A stretch of DNA of 64,000 bases, taken from IMG/VR virus record IMGVR_UViG_3300048904_000261. One strand, 5' to 3'. The notes under the pieces were generated by a model that was given only the letters and a program-made list of their open reading frames with translations, was not told where the DNA came from and ran no database searches. Source of the stretch: a virus. A program made the position numbers and the translations under genes. The number at the start of each line of letters is the position of its first letter. Position 1 is the first letter of the stretch. Positions 25,225 to 34,838 of this stretch are shown here, piece after piece.

Positions 25225-27590
25225 CTCCCCATTCCTGCCGGCTGCGGTACCCCTGGCGGCATCCCGTTGGGCATCCCGTTTCTTCCGCCACTGGCGATCT
25301 GGATGATCGTGCTGATCTGCTGGCTCTGTTGCTCCAATGTCGCGGTGAGGTGCTGAAGCACGCCTTCGATCTGCTGGATCGCTTTGCTGTGCTCCTCCAG
25401 CGTGGAGGCCATCTGCTGCATCGCCTGCTGGACTTGTTCGCCTGCCGATGGGCTCATTGGCTGGTTGCCTTTCGGGTCGTCGTCCGGCAGCTTCAAATCG
25501 TAGGCTCCGGACAGCCGCGAAAGTTCGTTGATGATTCCGGCTAGTTGATTCTTCGTCAAGGATTCCTGCACCGCCGGTATGGGCAAAATGGATTTGAGAA
25601 GTTCGCCCAGTGTCGCGGCGGCTTGCGTGTTGGAAGCGCGCTCCGCCCCGTCTCTGCTGGTGAAAATGAATTCGTGCTCGAGCCGGCCCTTGGCACCGAT
25701 GATCGTCCCGGTGTAACGGCCAAAAGCCTGGGTCGCTTCCTCCTCGTCCATGTCCTCGATCTGCAGGCCGGCCTTCGCGATCACTTCCTTGGAGTAACGC
25801 GCGATCACCGGCACGCGAAAGTTTTGTTCGCCGTGAAACATGTACGACTCGTAAATGATCTTCTTCTTTGCGGCCCTGAATTCGTCCAGCGCGTCGGAGA
25901 TGAAGTTGTAAACCGATTCCGTTGTTCCGGCGATCAGGTTGGTTTCCGTCGCGGAGATTTCCCGCGGGGCTGGCTGGCCCTGCTCCTGGGGCGACAGCGC
26001 CATCACGCGCTCCATGAGGCTCATCAAGCGGAGCATCGCCTCCATGACGAGCGTGATCTGCGTGGAGGATTTCGTTTCGATCAGGCTGATGATGTCCCCA
26101 ACCTTGAGGTGAAGTTCCTCGAGCTTCGCGCGCGAAATTTCCAACACGGTAATTTCGCTGCGCCATTTCTTGCCGTGCGCGCGTTTGCGAAACTCCGTGC
26201 GCTGCTCCGGGCTCAGCACGTCGATGTCGAGCACGAGGATTTTCTGGTTGTCGCCAGTGAGCGCCAGCAGGAGGTAGCTGACCAGGTTGGTCATGTGATC
26301 CTGCCACGCAAGCAGCTCGTGACCGACGCCCAGGTTGAGTTGCCGATCGTCCTTTTCGTTGTAGGAGAGGACCGCACCCGGCGTTGAAGGCAGGATCTCC
26401 GCGTAGATGATCGTGTCCCAGCCGGCGACTACAAATCGCACCCACACTGGGTAAGGGTAGCTTCCAAATCCCCACTCCGATGGGATCAGCTTTTCGTAGT
26501 AGTTGGCGATGACGACCGACGTGTCGTTCTGTTCGCCGGAATAGTAACCGATCAAATTCTTGCGATCGTTGCCTGCCGTCACGTCCAAGAACGTGGCCGG
26601 CACCGCCGGAGGAGTGATCGTCGTGTAGTACTGGGAAAAATATTGGGCGTAAGTCTGGAAGAGGGACAGGTAAACCTGATTGTAGCCGACTTCAGTGCGG
26701 TTGAAGTAAAGCGGGTTGTTGTGGATCGATCCGAAACGCGCGACATCCCAAAACCCGATGTACTCGCAGCCCGAATCGGAGTTGAGACTTGCGAGCGTGT
26801 AAGCGTTGTCGCAAAAAACGCGGGACGGATGCGGCTTCACCCAGGCGAGCCCTTCCCGGGTGACTACCGCCTCAAATTCCGGTTTACTCTTGTCCTCCGG
26901 CGCCTTCTTCTTTTCAGCCCAGTGCATGTCCCGCTCCCACGCGCACCGGACGAAATCAACGGTGTGCCCGTACATGAGCCCATCGCGGTAAGCCTGGACG
27001 TCGGTGTGCCGATAATCGAATTGATCGGCCATGATGTCCGCGCGCTGGCTCATAATGTCCGCGCGGAGCTTTCCGACCTGGCTGGTGGACCGGCTCTCGT
27101 ATTTGAAGTACGGAAAAAGGTTGTTGTACTTGTTGGACTGCGCGGCCAACCGGCGAGTCACCATCGAGCGCACCAGGTTGATGCTGACATCGAAGAAGCG
27201 CGGAAGGTCGATCCCGGTGATGTTCCCCTTCTCGTCTTTCTTGACAAATTCATCCGCGCACTTGAGATCCCTCAACTGATTCGCGCATGTGGCGGTGTCG
27301 ATCCGGTTTTGCCCGTAGAGAACGAGCGGATAAATCTTGTTTGAGAGCGGCGGCGGTTCCCAGGCCAGGTCAACGGCGGAATAGAACTGATAATTTTTCA
27401 GCGAGAAATTGATGTGCTCCATCAGCCGGTTGTTGATCCGGTCCTCGAAAGTTTTCCGGAGCTTGCACCGTGCTTCGCAGAGTTTCTTGTCTTCCTCCGT
27501 CGCATCGACTGCCGCCGGCTTTGCGGTGAAGATTTCGCGCAGCGCCTTGTTGGTGGTACCCGTCTTCTCCAACGCTGCTGGCGAGATCAT
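25221..27590 (-). CDS. Portal protein (by size and position)
   Basis: 789-aa ORF downstream of the terminase and upstream of the scaffold and capsid genes. No enzymatic motifs seen. Confidence 0.6.
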   Translation of the reverse strand: MISPAALEKTGTTNKALREIFTAKPAAVDATEEDKKLCEARCKLRKTFEDRINNRLMEHINFSLKNYQFYSAVDLAWEPPPLSNKIYPLVLYGQNRIDTATCANQLRDLKCADEFVKKDEKGNITGIDLPRFFDVSINLVRSMVTRRLAAQSNKYNNLFPYFKYESRSTSQVGKLRADIMSQRADIMADQFDYRHTDVQAYRDGLMYGHTVDFVRCAWERDMHWAEKKKAPEDKSKPEFEAVVTREGLAWVKPHPSRVFCDNAYTLASLNSDSGCEYIGFWDVARFGSIHNNPLYFNRTEVGYNQVYLSLFQTYAQYFSQYYTTITPPAVPATFLDVTAGNDRKNLIGYYSGEQNDTSVVIANYYEKLIPSEWGFGSYPYPVWVRFVVAGWDTIIYAEILPSTPGAVLSYNEKDDRQLNLGVGHELLAWQDHMTNLVSYLLLALTGDNQKILVLDIDVLSPEQRTEFRKRAHGKKWRSEITVLEISRAKLEELHLKVGDIISLIETKSSTQITLVMEAMLRLMSLMERVMALSPQEQGQPAPREISATETNLIAGTTESVYNFISDALDEFRAAKKKIIYESYMFHGEQNFRVPVIARYSKEVIAKAGLQIEDMDEEEATQAFGRYTGTIIGAKGRLEHEFIFTSRDGAERASNTQAAATLGELLKSILPIPAVQESLTKNQLAGIINELSRLSGAYDLKLPDDDPKGNQPMSPSAGEQVQQAMQQMASTLEEHSKAIQQIEGVLQHLTATLEQQSQQISTIIQIASGGRNGMPNGMPPGVPQPAGMGR

Positions 27591-27991
27591 GCGGCTTTCT
27601 CCTCTTCGTTGCGCGGCTCGTTGGCCAGCTTAAAAGTCTTCGCCGCCATCGCGTCTTGCAGGCCGAACTGCCCCAGCTTGAATTGCAGGAGCCGGTTCCA
27701 TTGGACCGTGAGTGTCATCGGCCAGTGATTATTCCGCGCGTAAATCGAGATCATGCTCGGCTCGAACTGCCCGGCCCAAGCGCACAATTCCCGGACTGAA
27801 CAACGCATCAGTCTGGAAAGCTCGCGCACCTTCGCATTATCCCATTGGTCCAAGCCGGCGGCTTTGTAGTGAAATCGGATCGCCGCCATTTTTGGCGTCG
27901 AGATCTTATCGAGCCGACCGCCGAAGTCCATTCTCGGAGCGAGATCGAACTTTCGGATTTTGTCGGCCATCGTTTTTCGCGTGTTACCCAT
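27587..27991 (-). CDS. Hypothetical protein (possible DNA-binding; small-terminase role not supported)
   Basis: 134-aa ORF. ATGA overlap with the portal start. Helix-turn-helix-like VRELSRLMRCSVRELCAW. Confidence 0.45.
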   Translation of the reverse strand: MGNTRKTMADKIRKFDLAPRMDFGGRLDKISTPKMAAIRFHYKAAGLDQWDNAKVRELSRLMRCSVRELCAWAGQFEPSMISIYARNNHWPMTLTVQWNRLLQFKLGQFGLQDAMAAKTFKLANEPRNEEEKAA

Positions 27992-28263
27992 TACGGCGCG
28001 ACGTAGGGTTCCTTGGCTCCGCCGGCGCCCATGACGATCATCACGGGTTCCTTGCTGGCGTCTGGCGTGATCGGCTCGGTCTCGTCGGACTCCTCGGACG
28101 CGACTTCCTGAACGGTTGCAGTGGCGCCGTTCTCATCCATCGAATCCAGTTGGAACTTGATCGTGAGCTCGTAGGACTCGCCGACGTTCCAACCGCCGAA
28201 GAGCGCTTTGAGATCCGGGTTGTTGGCGAAGTCGAAGGAGATTTTGTTTTTTTCGCTGGTCAT
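27991..28263 (-). CDS. Hypothetical acidic protein
   Basis: 90-aa ORF. Its stop shares one base with the next start (TAATG). Confidence 0.5.
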   Translation of the reverse strand: MTSEKNKISFDFANNPDLKALFGGWNVGESYELTIKFQLDSMDENGATATVQEVASEESDETEPITPDASKEPVMIVMGAGGAKEPYVAP

Positions 28264-28299
28264 AACACCGGAGAGTTGAACGCTCGCGCTTGCCGGAAG

Positions 28300-29844
28300 T
28301 CAAGCGGCATAAACCTGCGGGGTGACCACCTCGCCCACCTGCGGCCTCATCGATCCCTCGCCGCGCGCGGAGTAGTAGAGGAACGGATAGCTCCACGCGG
28401 AGAAGGCGTGGCCGAACCTGGACTTTGGTTTAGGTATCATCGCGTTATTCGGAGCGCATTCCAATTTCATGAAACTTTCCCGGCATCGTGTGCACGTGGC
28501 GCTGACGAGAACGTCGGCTTCCTGGAGTTTCTCCTTGGTCAACCGCACGCGCGTTTCAATGGAGAACGGCCCCTTCGGCGCGGCAACCATTTTGATCGTC
28601 ATGCCGTGCTTTTTCGCGATGTCCTCCACGTCCTTGCAGTCGAAGGATCCCTTGGCCGCGCGGAACTGGTTGAAAGCCGAATCGTCGGAGATGTGCTGGA
28701 AACGAAACTCGGTTTTCTGCCGTTCGTTCCAATACTTCATCCGCTTGATGACGATGGGGACCAGGCGCGAGTAGGGCATGTACCGATCGATGTAAACGCA
28801 CTCATCGAACATGATCCACTTGATCGCGGAGACGGTCGGGATGAATTGCTCGAAGATAATCGCGGAGTGCGCCTGGCCCAAGTCCCAGCCCAGTACGATC
28901 GGCTGGCCGACGATCGGCAGGATCCCCTCGTTTTTGAGCGCGTTGCCCCGGACGTGAACGGTCTCGTTGTAATCCTCGTGGAAGAGCGCGTCTTCGGTGC
29001 TGGCCTCCACCCATTCGCCCAGGACGTTGCGCCGGTACTCGGTGTCGTCGCCCTTCGTCGCGTCGAGGAGCCGCTCCCAATACTTTGGCGGCAGATTCTT
29101 TTTGTTGTCGTTGATCGGCAGGTGCAGGACGAAATAATTGTCGTTCCAGGATCCATCCGCGTTCACCGGCTGGATGAAGAACCGGATGTAAAGCCAGTGC
29201 GACGGCCCGGCCGGGTTGGCGGTGTAAACGATCGGTTGATGCGCGATGTGCGTGTCGCGCCCAAGCTGCTGGACCAGGTGCTTGAAGTAGGTGTCGGTTT
29301 CCAGCGTCTGCGCTTCGTCAACGAGAACGAACGTCGGCTCGATTCCCTTCACGCGCGGGGCGACGAACCCTTCGTAGGGCATGGAGACCAGGACGACGCG
29401 AGACCAGCCTCCAAACTTATTGCTGATCCAAATGTAGGTGTCCTTGTATTTGTTCTGGCGCGGTTCGGTGAACACGGCGCCCCCGCCCTGCTCCCATTCC
29501 GCGCGGATGAAGGTGTTGAGCTTGTGCCACGCGCCGCCTTCCTCGCCCTGCCGGCCCGTGGGAACGATCATCAGCGCGCGCGCGTTGTAATTCTCGCGGC
29601 AGTGATGAACCAGCGCGTGAGTGCCAACGACCGATTTCCCTGAATAGCGTTCCCCAAACAACAGCGTGTAAAGGTGCTTCTGGATTCTGTCGAAGGCGTG
29701 GCTCTGCAGGGGATTCAACTTCGGGCGGTACGGCCGGTAGAAAATTCCCTTGGGCTCACTGTCCGGCGCGACGTAGCCTTCCTCCTCGAAGATCTCCGAC
29801 ATAGCCAACATCTGTTCGGAGGATGGGAGACGATGATTTGCCAT
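28300..29844 (-). CDS. terL: Terminase large subunit
   Basis: 514 aa. Walker A-like FGERYSGKSVVG, Walker B-like TFVLVDEAQ, and a C-terminal nuclease-like acidic region (WDLGQAHS...FDECVYID). Confidence 0.8.
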   Translation of the reverse strand: MANHRLPSSEQMLAMSEIFEEEGYVAPDSEPKGIFYRPYRPKLNPLQSHAFDRIQKHLYTLLFGERYSGKSVVGTHALVHHCRENYNARALMIVPTGRQGEEGGAWHKLNTFIRAEWEQGGGAVFTEPRQNKYKDTYIWISNKFGGWSRVVLVSMPYEGFVAPRVKGIEPTFVLVDEAQTLETDTYFKHLVQQLGRDTHIAHQPIVYTANPAGPSHWLYIRFFIQPVNADGSWNDNYFVLHLPINDNKKNLPPKYWERLLDATKGDDTEYRRNVLGEWVEASTEDALFHEDYNETVHVRGNALKNEGILPIVGQPIVLGWDLGQAHSAIIFEQFIPTVSAIKWIMFDECVYIDRYMPYSRLVPIVIKRMKYWNERQKTEFRFQHISDDSAFNQFRAAKGSFDCKDVEDIAKKHGMTIKMVAAPKGPFSIETRVRLTKEKLQEADVLVSATCTRCRESFMKLECAPNNAMIPKPKSRFGHAFSAWSYPFLYYSARGEGSMRPQVGEVVTPQVYAA

Positions 29845-29846
29845 GC

Positions 29847-31247
29847 CTAATCATTGTGCGGCAGGTTGGGTTGGTCTGGCAAGTCATCGGCGGAAACTTT
29901 CGCCGCCGATTCGAAGCGCGTGTAACCGCGGAGGAAGGTCAGACGAACCTCCGGATAGGTAGGGCCGTTGCGTTGTTTGGCGATTAACAAATTCACCGCG
30001 GTTACTTCCGCGTTGTCCACTTCTTCGTCGTCATCGGCCTTCGGTTTGTAGAGCAGGCCGACAAAATCCGCGTCCTGTTCAATCGCGCCGGACTCGCGAA
30101 GGTCCGACATGCGCGGCCTTCGTTTCCCGTCGCGTTCCACGTCGCGGTTCAACTGGGATAGCACGATCACAGGGATAGCCAACTCCTTTGCCAGTGATTT
30201 TATCCCGCTGGAAATGTCGGCGATCTCCTGCTGGCGATTGTCCGCCTTCCGGTTGCTGGAATGCAGGAGTTGGAGGTAATCGATCACGAGAAGTTTGATC
30301 CCGAACTGCGCCGCCATGCGCCGCGCCTTGGTGCGAAGCTGGAAGATGGACAGAGACGACGAATCGTCGATGTGGATTGACGCCGATGAAAGTTTGCCGG
30401 CAGCTCCGGTGATCTTCGGGAAGTCCCGCTCGGCCAGGAATCCTTCACGGATGTTTCGAAGGTTCACACGCGCGCGCGAACAGAGCATCCGGAGCATCAG
30501 CGAATCAGCCGTCATTTCCAGGCTGAAAATTCCGACCGGAAGCTTCTGATCAACGGCGACGTGTTCGGCGATCTGAACGGCCAGGGCGGTTTTGCCCATC
30601 GACGGCCTCGCGGCAATGACGATCATTTCGCTGGTTTGAAAACCGAAGGTCATTTTGTCCAGATCGGGGAACCCGGTTGGTAACCCTGTCAGCAAACCCT
30701 GATGGGCGTGATAATGTTCGATGGTGGCGATCGCGCGCTGCGCCAGCTCCTTCGCTGTTGGAAGAACCTTGATGGTTGTCTGATCGCCCAGCTTCAGGAT
30801 CGATTGTTCGGCCTCGTCGATAATGTCCTCGACGTCCTCCTCGCCGGCCTCGTAGGCCGCGCCGACAATGCTGGTGGCAACCTGGATAATTTTTCGAAGG
30901 CGCGCCTTCTGTGACACCATTTTCACGTACCACGCGACGTTGCCTGGAGATGGCGCGGCATCCGGGAGCGCCGAAATGTAGGCAACCCCACCGACTTCAT
31001 CCAGTTTACGCATGGCCTTCAATCGTTCGCACAAGGTCAGCAGGTCGATCGGGACACGCTCATCGTGCATGGCCAGGCAATGGGCGAACAGGGTTCGGTG
31101 CCGAAGATCGTACATGGATTCGGGGCCGATCGTCCCACACTCGGGAATTGCCAGCCCGGGATCCAGGAGGATGCAGCCCAGGATGCCGCGCTCTGCATCG
31201 ATGCTGTGCGGGGGAAGCCGATCTGTGGTTGGTGTGCCGTTTTTCAT
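29847..31247 (-). CDS. dnaB: Replicative DNA helicase DnaB
   Basis: ORF 29847..31301. ATG 31247 overlaps the upstream stop (ATGA). N-terminal DAERGILGCILLDP. Walker A AARPSMGKTALA. Also LVIDYLQLL and SQLNRDVE. Confidence 0.9.
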   Translation of the reverse strand: MKNGTPTTDRLPPHSIDAERGILGCILLDPGLAIPECGTIGPESMYDLRHRTLFAHCLAMHDERVPIDLLTLCERLKAMRKLDEVGGVAYISALPDAAPSPGNVAWYVKMVSQKARLRKIIQVATSIVGAAYEAGEEDVEDIIDEAEQSILKLGDQTTIKVLPTAKELAQRAIATIEHYHAHQGLLTGLPTGFPDLDKMTFGFQTSEMIVIAARPSMGKTALAVQIAEHVAVDQKLPVGIFSLEMTADSLMLRMLCSRARVNLRNIREGFLAERDFPKITGAAGKLSSASIHIDDSSSLSIFQLRTKARRMAAQFGIKLLVIDYLQLLHSSNRKADNRQQEIADISSGIKSLAKELAIPVIVLSQLNRDVERDGKRRPRMSDLRESGAIEQDADFVGLLYKPKADDDEEVDNAEVTAVNLLIAKQRNGPTYPEVRLTFLRGYTRFESAAKVSADDLPDQPNLPHND

Positions 31248-31882
31248 CGCTTCGTCTCCGGTTTGAGTTGGTTCCAGCGAATGTTGGCGATCGCAGCCCA
31301 AGACTGCGTTCGCTTTTTACCCGGGCAACGGCGCGAATGGTCGAGATCCAGCAGAAGGCGCTTGAACTTTTCGGGACACTCCCTGTAACGCAGCCGCCAG
31401 TTGGCCCCATAGGCACTGCACTCGTCGGGAGTGAAATACCCAGTGAGTTCAAAGATCGCTTCCTCCTCCCCTTTCAAAGGTACCTTTGAATCTGTACCTT
31501 TAATACAGTCCTTATTAGGGTACCGAAAACCTGAGTCTCTGGTTTCCTTAATCTCTGAACTTTCAGAGATTAAGGTTTTATTGATCTCTGACAGGTCTGT
31601 GGATTCGTAGATAACCCAACCGCTTCCACCCGTCTTACCGCCACAAAACTTCAACTCTGCATATCCAACCGAGCGCAACTCTTTCAGAGCTGATCGGACA
31701 GCAGTAGGACCATCCGGCCCCATTTTGGAAAGCTGTTCAGAACTCACAACCCAGTTTGGAGGGCGACTGAGAAGATAGGCCAGAAGCCCCCTGGCTTTCC
31801 AACTCAGGCGCTCGTCTGCGAGCGCCTTGTTTTGAATCATCACGTATCCGTGATCGTGGCGGGCGACTTTAATTATCGGCAT
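31244..31882 (-). CDS. Replication initiator / helicase-loader-like winged-helix protein
   Basis: 212 aa. N-terminal YVMIQNKALADERLSWKARGLLAYLLSRPPNWVVSSEQLSKMGPDGPTAVRSALKELRSVGY. Directly upstream of dnaB. Confidence 0.5.
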   Translation of the reverse strand: MPIIKVARHDHGYVMIQNKALADERLSWKARGLLAYLLSRPPNWVVSSEQLSKMGPDGPTAVRSALKELRSVGYAELKFCGGKTGGSGWVIYESTDLSEINKTLISESSEIKETRDSGFRYPNKDCIKGTDSKVPLKGEEEAIFELTGYFTPDECSAYGANWRLRYRECPEKFKRLLLDLDHSRRCPGKKRTQSWAAIANIRWNQLKPETKR

Positions 31883-32118
31883 AGTGCCTCCGGAGCTGTT
31901 GGAATTCCTTCTGATTCCAGGTACCTGTCCGCTATCTCCAATTTGGCAATTTCGATGTCGGAGTAGCTAGGACCAAGCGGGCCTAACGCTCCTATTTCGT
32001 AATTCTTCTTCAGGGCAAGGTAGGTCTCAACCGCTTTGTGAAGTTCCACGAGTTTATCCCATCGCGTTGGTCTAGGCATAATTCTACATGCAAAAAGCTG
32101 CCGCTGGTTCCGAGTCAA
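31873..32118 (-). CDS. Hypothetical small protein
   Basis: 81-aa ORF. Overlaps the downstream start by 10 nt. Confidence 0.5.
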   Translation of the reverse strand: MTRNQRQLFACRIMPRPTRWDKLVELHKAVETYLALKKNYEIGALGPLGPSYSDIEIAKLEIADRYLESEGIPTAPEALCR

Positions 32119-32259
32119 AGATGTGGATTGGCAACGGTAGGAACCAAACCCACCACGGAACCAACGGCAAAGTTAGTGTATCAGAACGACAGGTCTTTGA
32201 AACCCGGCGTCAGACTACCAAAGCGTTTGCACAGACGGCAACCCGGACTTATTGGAAAG

Positions 32260-32460
32260 TTATTCACAGGCTTTTCCCAATGGTATGACCAACCAGAGCA
32301 ACGGGTTAATCTTCCTGGACCGGATCTTATACCCCATCTCTTTTGCCTCGACGTAAACGCGCGACGGTGACCGCGGCCACTCGAAGCATTCACCGCGCTG
32401 GATCATCCGGCGCGCGTGCGCGATTGAATCCGGAGCGAAGCAGGCGTCGAAGATGTTCAC
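32260..32460 (-). CDS. Possible small protein with GTG start
   Basis: GTG at 32460 overlaps the stop of the upstream gene (GTGA). 66 codons (VNIFDACFAPDSIAHARRMIQRGECFEW...). The upstream part of ORF 32260..32676 is a shadow frame. Confidence 0.3.
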   Translation of the reverse strand: MNIFDACFAPDSIAHARRMIQRGECFEWPRSPSRVYVEAKEMGYKIRSRKINPLLWLVIPLGKACE

Positions 32461-32735
32461 GGCCAGTCTTTGTAAAGCACGACGCCGTGCTTTTCCGGAT
32501 CCAGAACCTCGACGGCGTTGACACATGGATCGGCGTCGAGAATCAATTTCGCTATGACCAGCGGATCGCTCACACCGACGTCGTTGATTTTGCGTTCGAC
32601 CTTCAGCAACGCCGATTTGTCGAAAACCACGAAGCAACCACCGGGATCGGCATTTGGCATAGTCTCCTGGCGCCACACCCTCACATTGTAGCCGCAGACC
32701 TTCAACGGCGTCATCGATTCAAGGAGAAGATTCAT
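32457..32735 (-). CDS. Hypothetical small protein
   Basis: 92-aa ORF (MNLLLESMTPLKVCGYNVRVWRQETMPNADPGGCFVVFDK). Confidence 0.5.
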   Translation of the reverse strand: MNLLLESMTPLKVCGYNVRVWRQETMPNADPGGCFVVFDKSALLKVERKINDVGVSDPLVIAKLILDADPCVNAVEVLDPEKHGVVLYKDWP

Positions 32736-32740
32736 AAAGA

Positions 32741-33391
32741 TTATTTTTCCAACGGGTTAAGGTGAATTGAAGACAATGCTTGTTCGAGCGCTTGCTGCAA
32801 TGCCAGCCAGCCTTCCTGGGTACCGCCTTTGTCCGGATGCTCCGTCTGCGATCGGATTCGATACGCCTCCCTGATCGCCGTTTCGTTGGCCCACGAGCTG
32901 ACGCCCAGGATCACCCACCATGCGCTGCCTCCAGTCCGCTCGGGGATCGCCAGGTACCCGCGAAACGCCTGTTCGACGTTGGTGCAGCCCCAGCGGTGCC
33001 GTCCGCGCTGCGCCTCGATGTCCTTGCCGATCGCGTAAATGTTCCAGGCCACGCGGTTCCATTTGTCACAGGAAAGAACGACCGGCCGTTGATGATTCTT
33101 CCCGCCGCGCGAGAACACCAGGTTGAAGTAGATCGCAACGCCAGGATCGGCAGGTTCACTCTGGTCGGAGTACGGCGTCCCGTCGCGTTTGTAGCGTAAG
33201 TTGCTGGAAATAATTACAGTTCCGTCTTCGAAATCATAACGCCTGGTATTCAATCGGTTGATCTCCTGCAGGACGAAATCCACGGCGCCGGCGACAGTCT
33301 TCAGATCGAACCGCGCATAGCCGCGCTGATGTGGCGGCGTCCTGGCAATGTTCTCAGGCCAAGACAATGGAAATCTGGTGATCTCGCTCAC
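32741..33391 (-). CDS. J-domain (DnaJ-like) protein
   Basis: 216 aa. C-terminal WWVILGVSSWANETAIREAYRIRSQTEHPDKGG carries the HPD tripeptide in a J-domain helix II/III context. Confidence 0.7.
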   Translation of the reverse strand: MSEITRFPLSWPENIARTPPHQRGYARFDLKTVAGAVDFVLQEINRLNTRRYDFEDGTVIISSNLRYKRDGTPYSDQSEPADPGVAIYFNLVFSRGGKNHQRPVVLSCDKWNRVAWNIYAIGKDIEAQRGRHRWGCTNVEQAFRGYLAIPERTGGSAWWVILGVSSWANETAIREAYRIRSQTEHPDKGGTQEGWLALQQALEQALSSIHLNPLEK

Positions 33392-34581
33392 GGCAACGCC
33401 TTGCGCACCAGGGACGGCCCCTTCCTCTTGCGCTCAATCAAACCGTGAAGCGTCACGTTCACAATCTGTTTGGCCTCCTTTTGCGTGATCTTCTGCGGGG
33501 TGTTCCTGCGCGCTTGGTAGATGACTTCCTCCATATCGCCGACGCTCACGCGGCAGCAGCCGGAGAATTGCTTCGCGTCCATGATCCCCTTGAACGCGGT
33601 GTACGCGGCCGGGATGTCCGTGACGTGCCGGACCTCATCCCCAGGCTCCAGCACCCAGCCCGGGATCGTGTCTGGCATCGCTTCGATGATTTTCTTCGCG
33701 TCCTCGTAACGGTCCTCCAGGAACTTGGCCAGCTCCCTACGGCGGGACAGGAACATGTCCCATTGCTCGCTCGTCCACGTGACCGATGGCATGTGCTGGA
33801 GTTTCTCGAGGGCCATGATCCAGGACCGGTACTCCCCGCAGATCGGTTTGCACGGGCAGAATTGACATTGGATTTCCCCGGCGTAACGCGGGGCGTTCTC
33901 CTGATGGGCGGCGTCCCAAATCTCGTCAATCTCCTTCTTCGCCGTGGCGATGTCGTCCCCGGTGTAGAAAACGATGTCGGCCTTGTTGGCGCATCGCGGC
34001 TGGATGATCGCCCCGTAGAATGGCAGCAACGGATCCTGGGCCAGGATGAATTCGAAGAAGTCGGCCTCCATCCTCTCCGACTTCTCCACGACATCCATCT
34101 GTTCGGGCTTCAAATCGTCCCGGGGCGAAAGCGGCTCAGAGGCGGCTCTGTGAAGCCGGGTGCCCTCCGCCGCGTCTTCAGACCGGTCATCCTTCCAAAG
34201 CCCCTGGGCGGTCATGCTGCGCTCCAAGGCCAGTGAACCAGGACAAAGACTGAACCGTAAAAGCGAGCTTGGGCGGAATTCCTCCTCAACCCCGATCGCC
34301 GGGGCTTTGCCTTCCGCATCCTCCAGCTCCGCGAGCGGCAACATCACCAGGTAACACCTGAGCTGCATGTTGACGTCGGCTGGTGGGACTTCGCCCCGGC
34401 CGAACTTGCGGTCCAGGACCACGGTGACACCCAGCTTTGGGTACCGGCGCACCAGATCGGGCCGGCCCAGGAATATCGGCTTGCCGTCCCTCATGTAAAC
34501 GTGGCGTTCCTCGTTCAACTCAACGTAGAAGGGTGGTTTCATGGTTTGTCTGTTATCAGGGCAAGTCGCACTGTTAATCAA
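33388..34581 (-). CDS. PD-(D/E)xK nuclease with Cas4/AddB-type four-cysteine cluster
   Basis: 397 aa. N-terminal Cys in RFSLCPGSL. C-terminal IQCQFCPCKPIC fits C-x2-C-x5-C. Acidic/Lys motifs lie between them. Confidence 0.65.
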   Translation of the reverse strand: MINSATCPDNRQTMKPPFYVELNEERHVYMRDGKPIFLGRPDLVRRYPKLGVTVVLDRKFGRGEVPPADVNMQLRCYLVMLPLAELEDAEGKAPAIGVEEEFRPSSLLRFSLCPGSLALERSMTAQGLWKDDRSEDAAEGTRLHRAASEPLSPRDDLKPEQMDVVEKSERMEADFFEFILAQDPLLPFYGAIIQPRCANKADIVFYTGDDIATAKKEIDEIWDAAHQENAPRYAGEIQCQFCPCKPICGEYRSWIMALEKLQHMPSVTWTSEQWDMFLSRRRELAKFLEDRYEDAKKIIEAMPDTIPGWVLEPGDEVRHVTDIPAAYTAFKGIMDAKQFSGCCRVSVGDMEEVIYQARRNTPQKITQKEAKQIVNVTLHGLIERKRKGPSLVRKALP

Positions 34582-34814
34582 TGGTTCTGCTGCTTCGGTT
34601 CAGCGATGTCGCGAAAGCGATGCACTCTACAATCGGGGTTAAAACATTGACGGTGCGGCCAGTCACCCATGACCGACATTCCCTCAAAGCCGCAGGCCGG
34701 ACAGCATTCCAAAGACTCATCCGCAGCAGAACAAACCGGCTGGAGCGAACCGGGCTGAGCTTTCTCTTTTTCAGAGTCCAGCGGCCAGCAATCTCCTGGG
34801 TGTGCTAGTGCCAT
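34578..34814 (-). CDS. Small zinc-ribbon protein (tandem relative of the next gene)
   Basis: 78 aa. CCPACG...CFNPDC. Shares the N-terminal GSLQPV segment and upstream flank with 34815..35075. Confidence 0.55.
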   Translation of the reverse strand: MALAHPGDCWPLDSEKEKAQPGSLQPVCSAADESLECCPACGFEGMSVMGDWPHRQCFNPDCRVHRFRDIAEPKQQNH

Positions 34815-34838
34815 TTATGTCTTTCCGCCCGGTCGCTC
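34743..34838 (-). promoter_or_regulatory. Long-range stem enclosing the start codon of 34578..34814
   Basis: On the minus strand, GAGCGACCGGGC (34838-34827) pairs with GCCCGGTTCGCTC (34755-34743). 12 bp with one bulged T. The ATG at 34814 lies in the loop. Confidence 0.5.

Noticed and set aside
25225-26475. Upstream 417 codons of ORF 25015..26475.
   Set aside because: This part is an out-of-frame overlap with the portal gene and has an R/G/P-rich composition. Only the last 69 codons, after the portal stop, look like a real protein.
27712-29643. 643-aa plus-strand ORF antisense to the terminase gene. Similar long antisense or out-of-frame ORFs occur at 20419..21723, 22282..23547, 2811..3899, 37580..38413, 44168..45610, 55223..56179 and 60251..61837.
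   Set aside because: These are typical shadow ORFs of GC-rich DNA. They are rich in R, G, A, P and D with low complexity, carry no motifs, and each fully overlaps a gene with clear catalytic motifs or a coherent operon position on the other strand.
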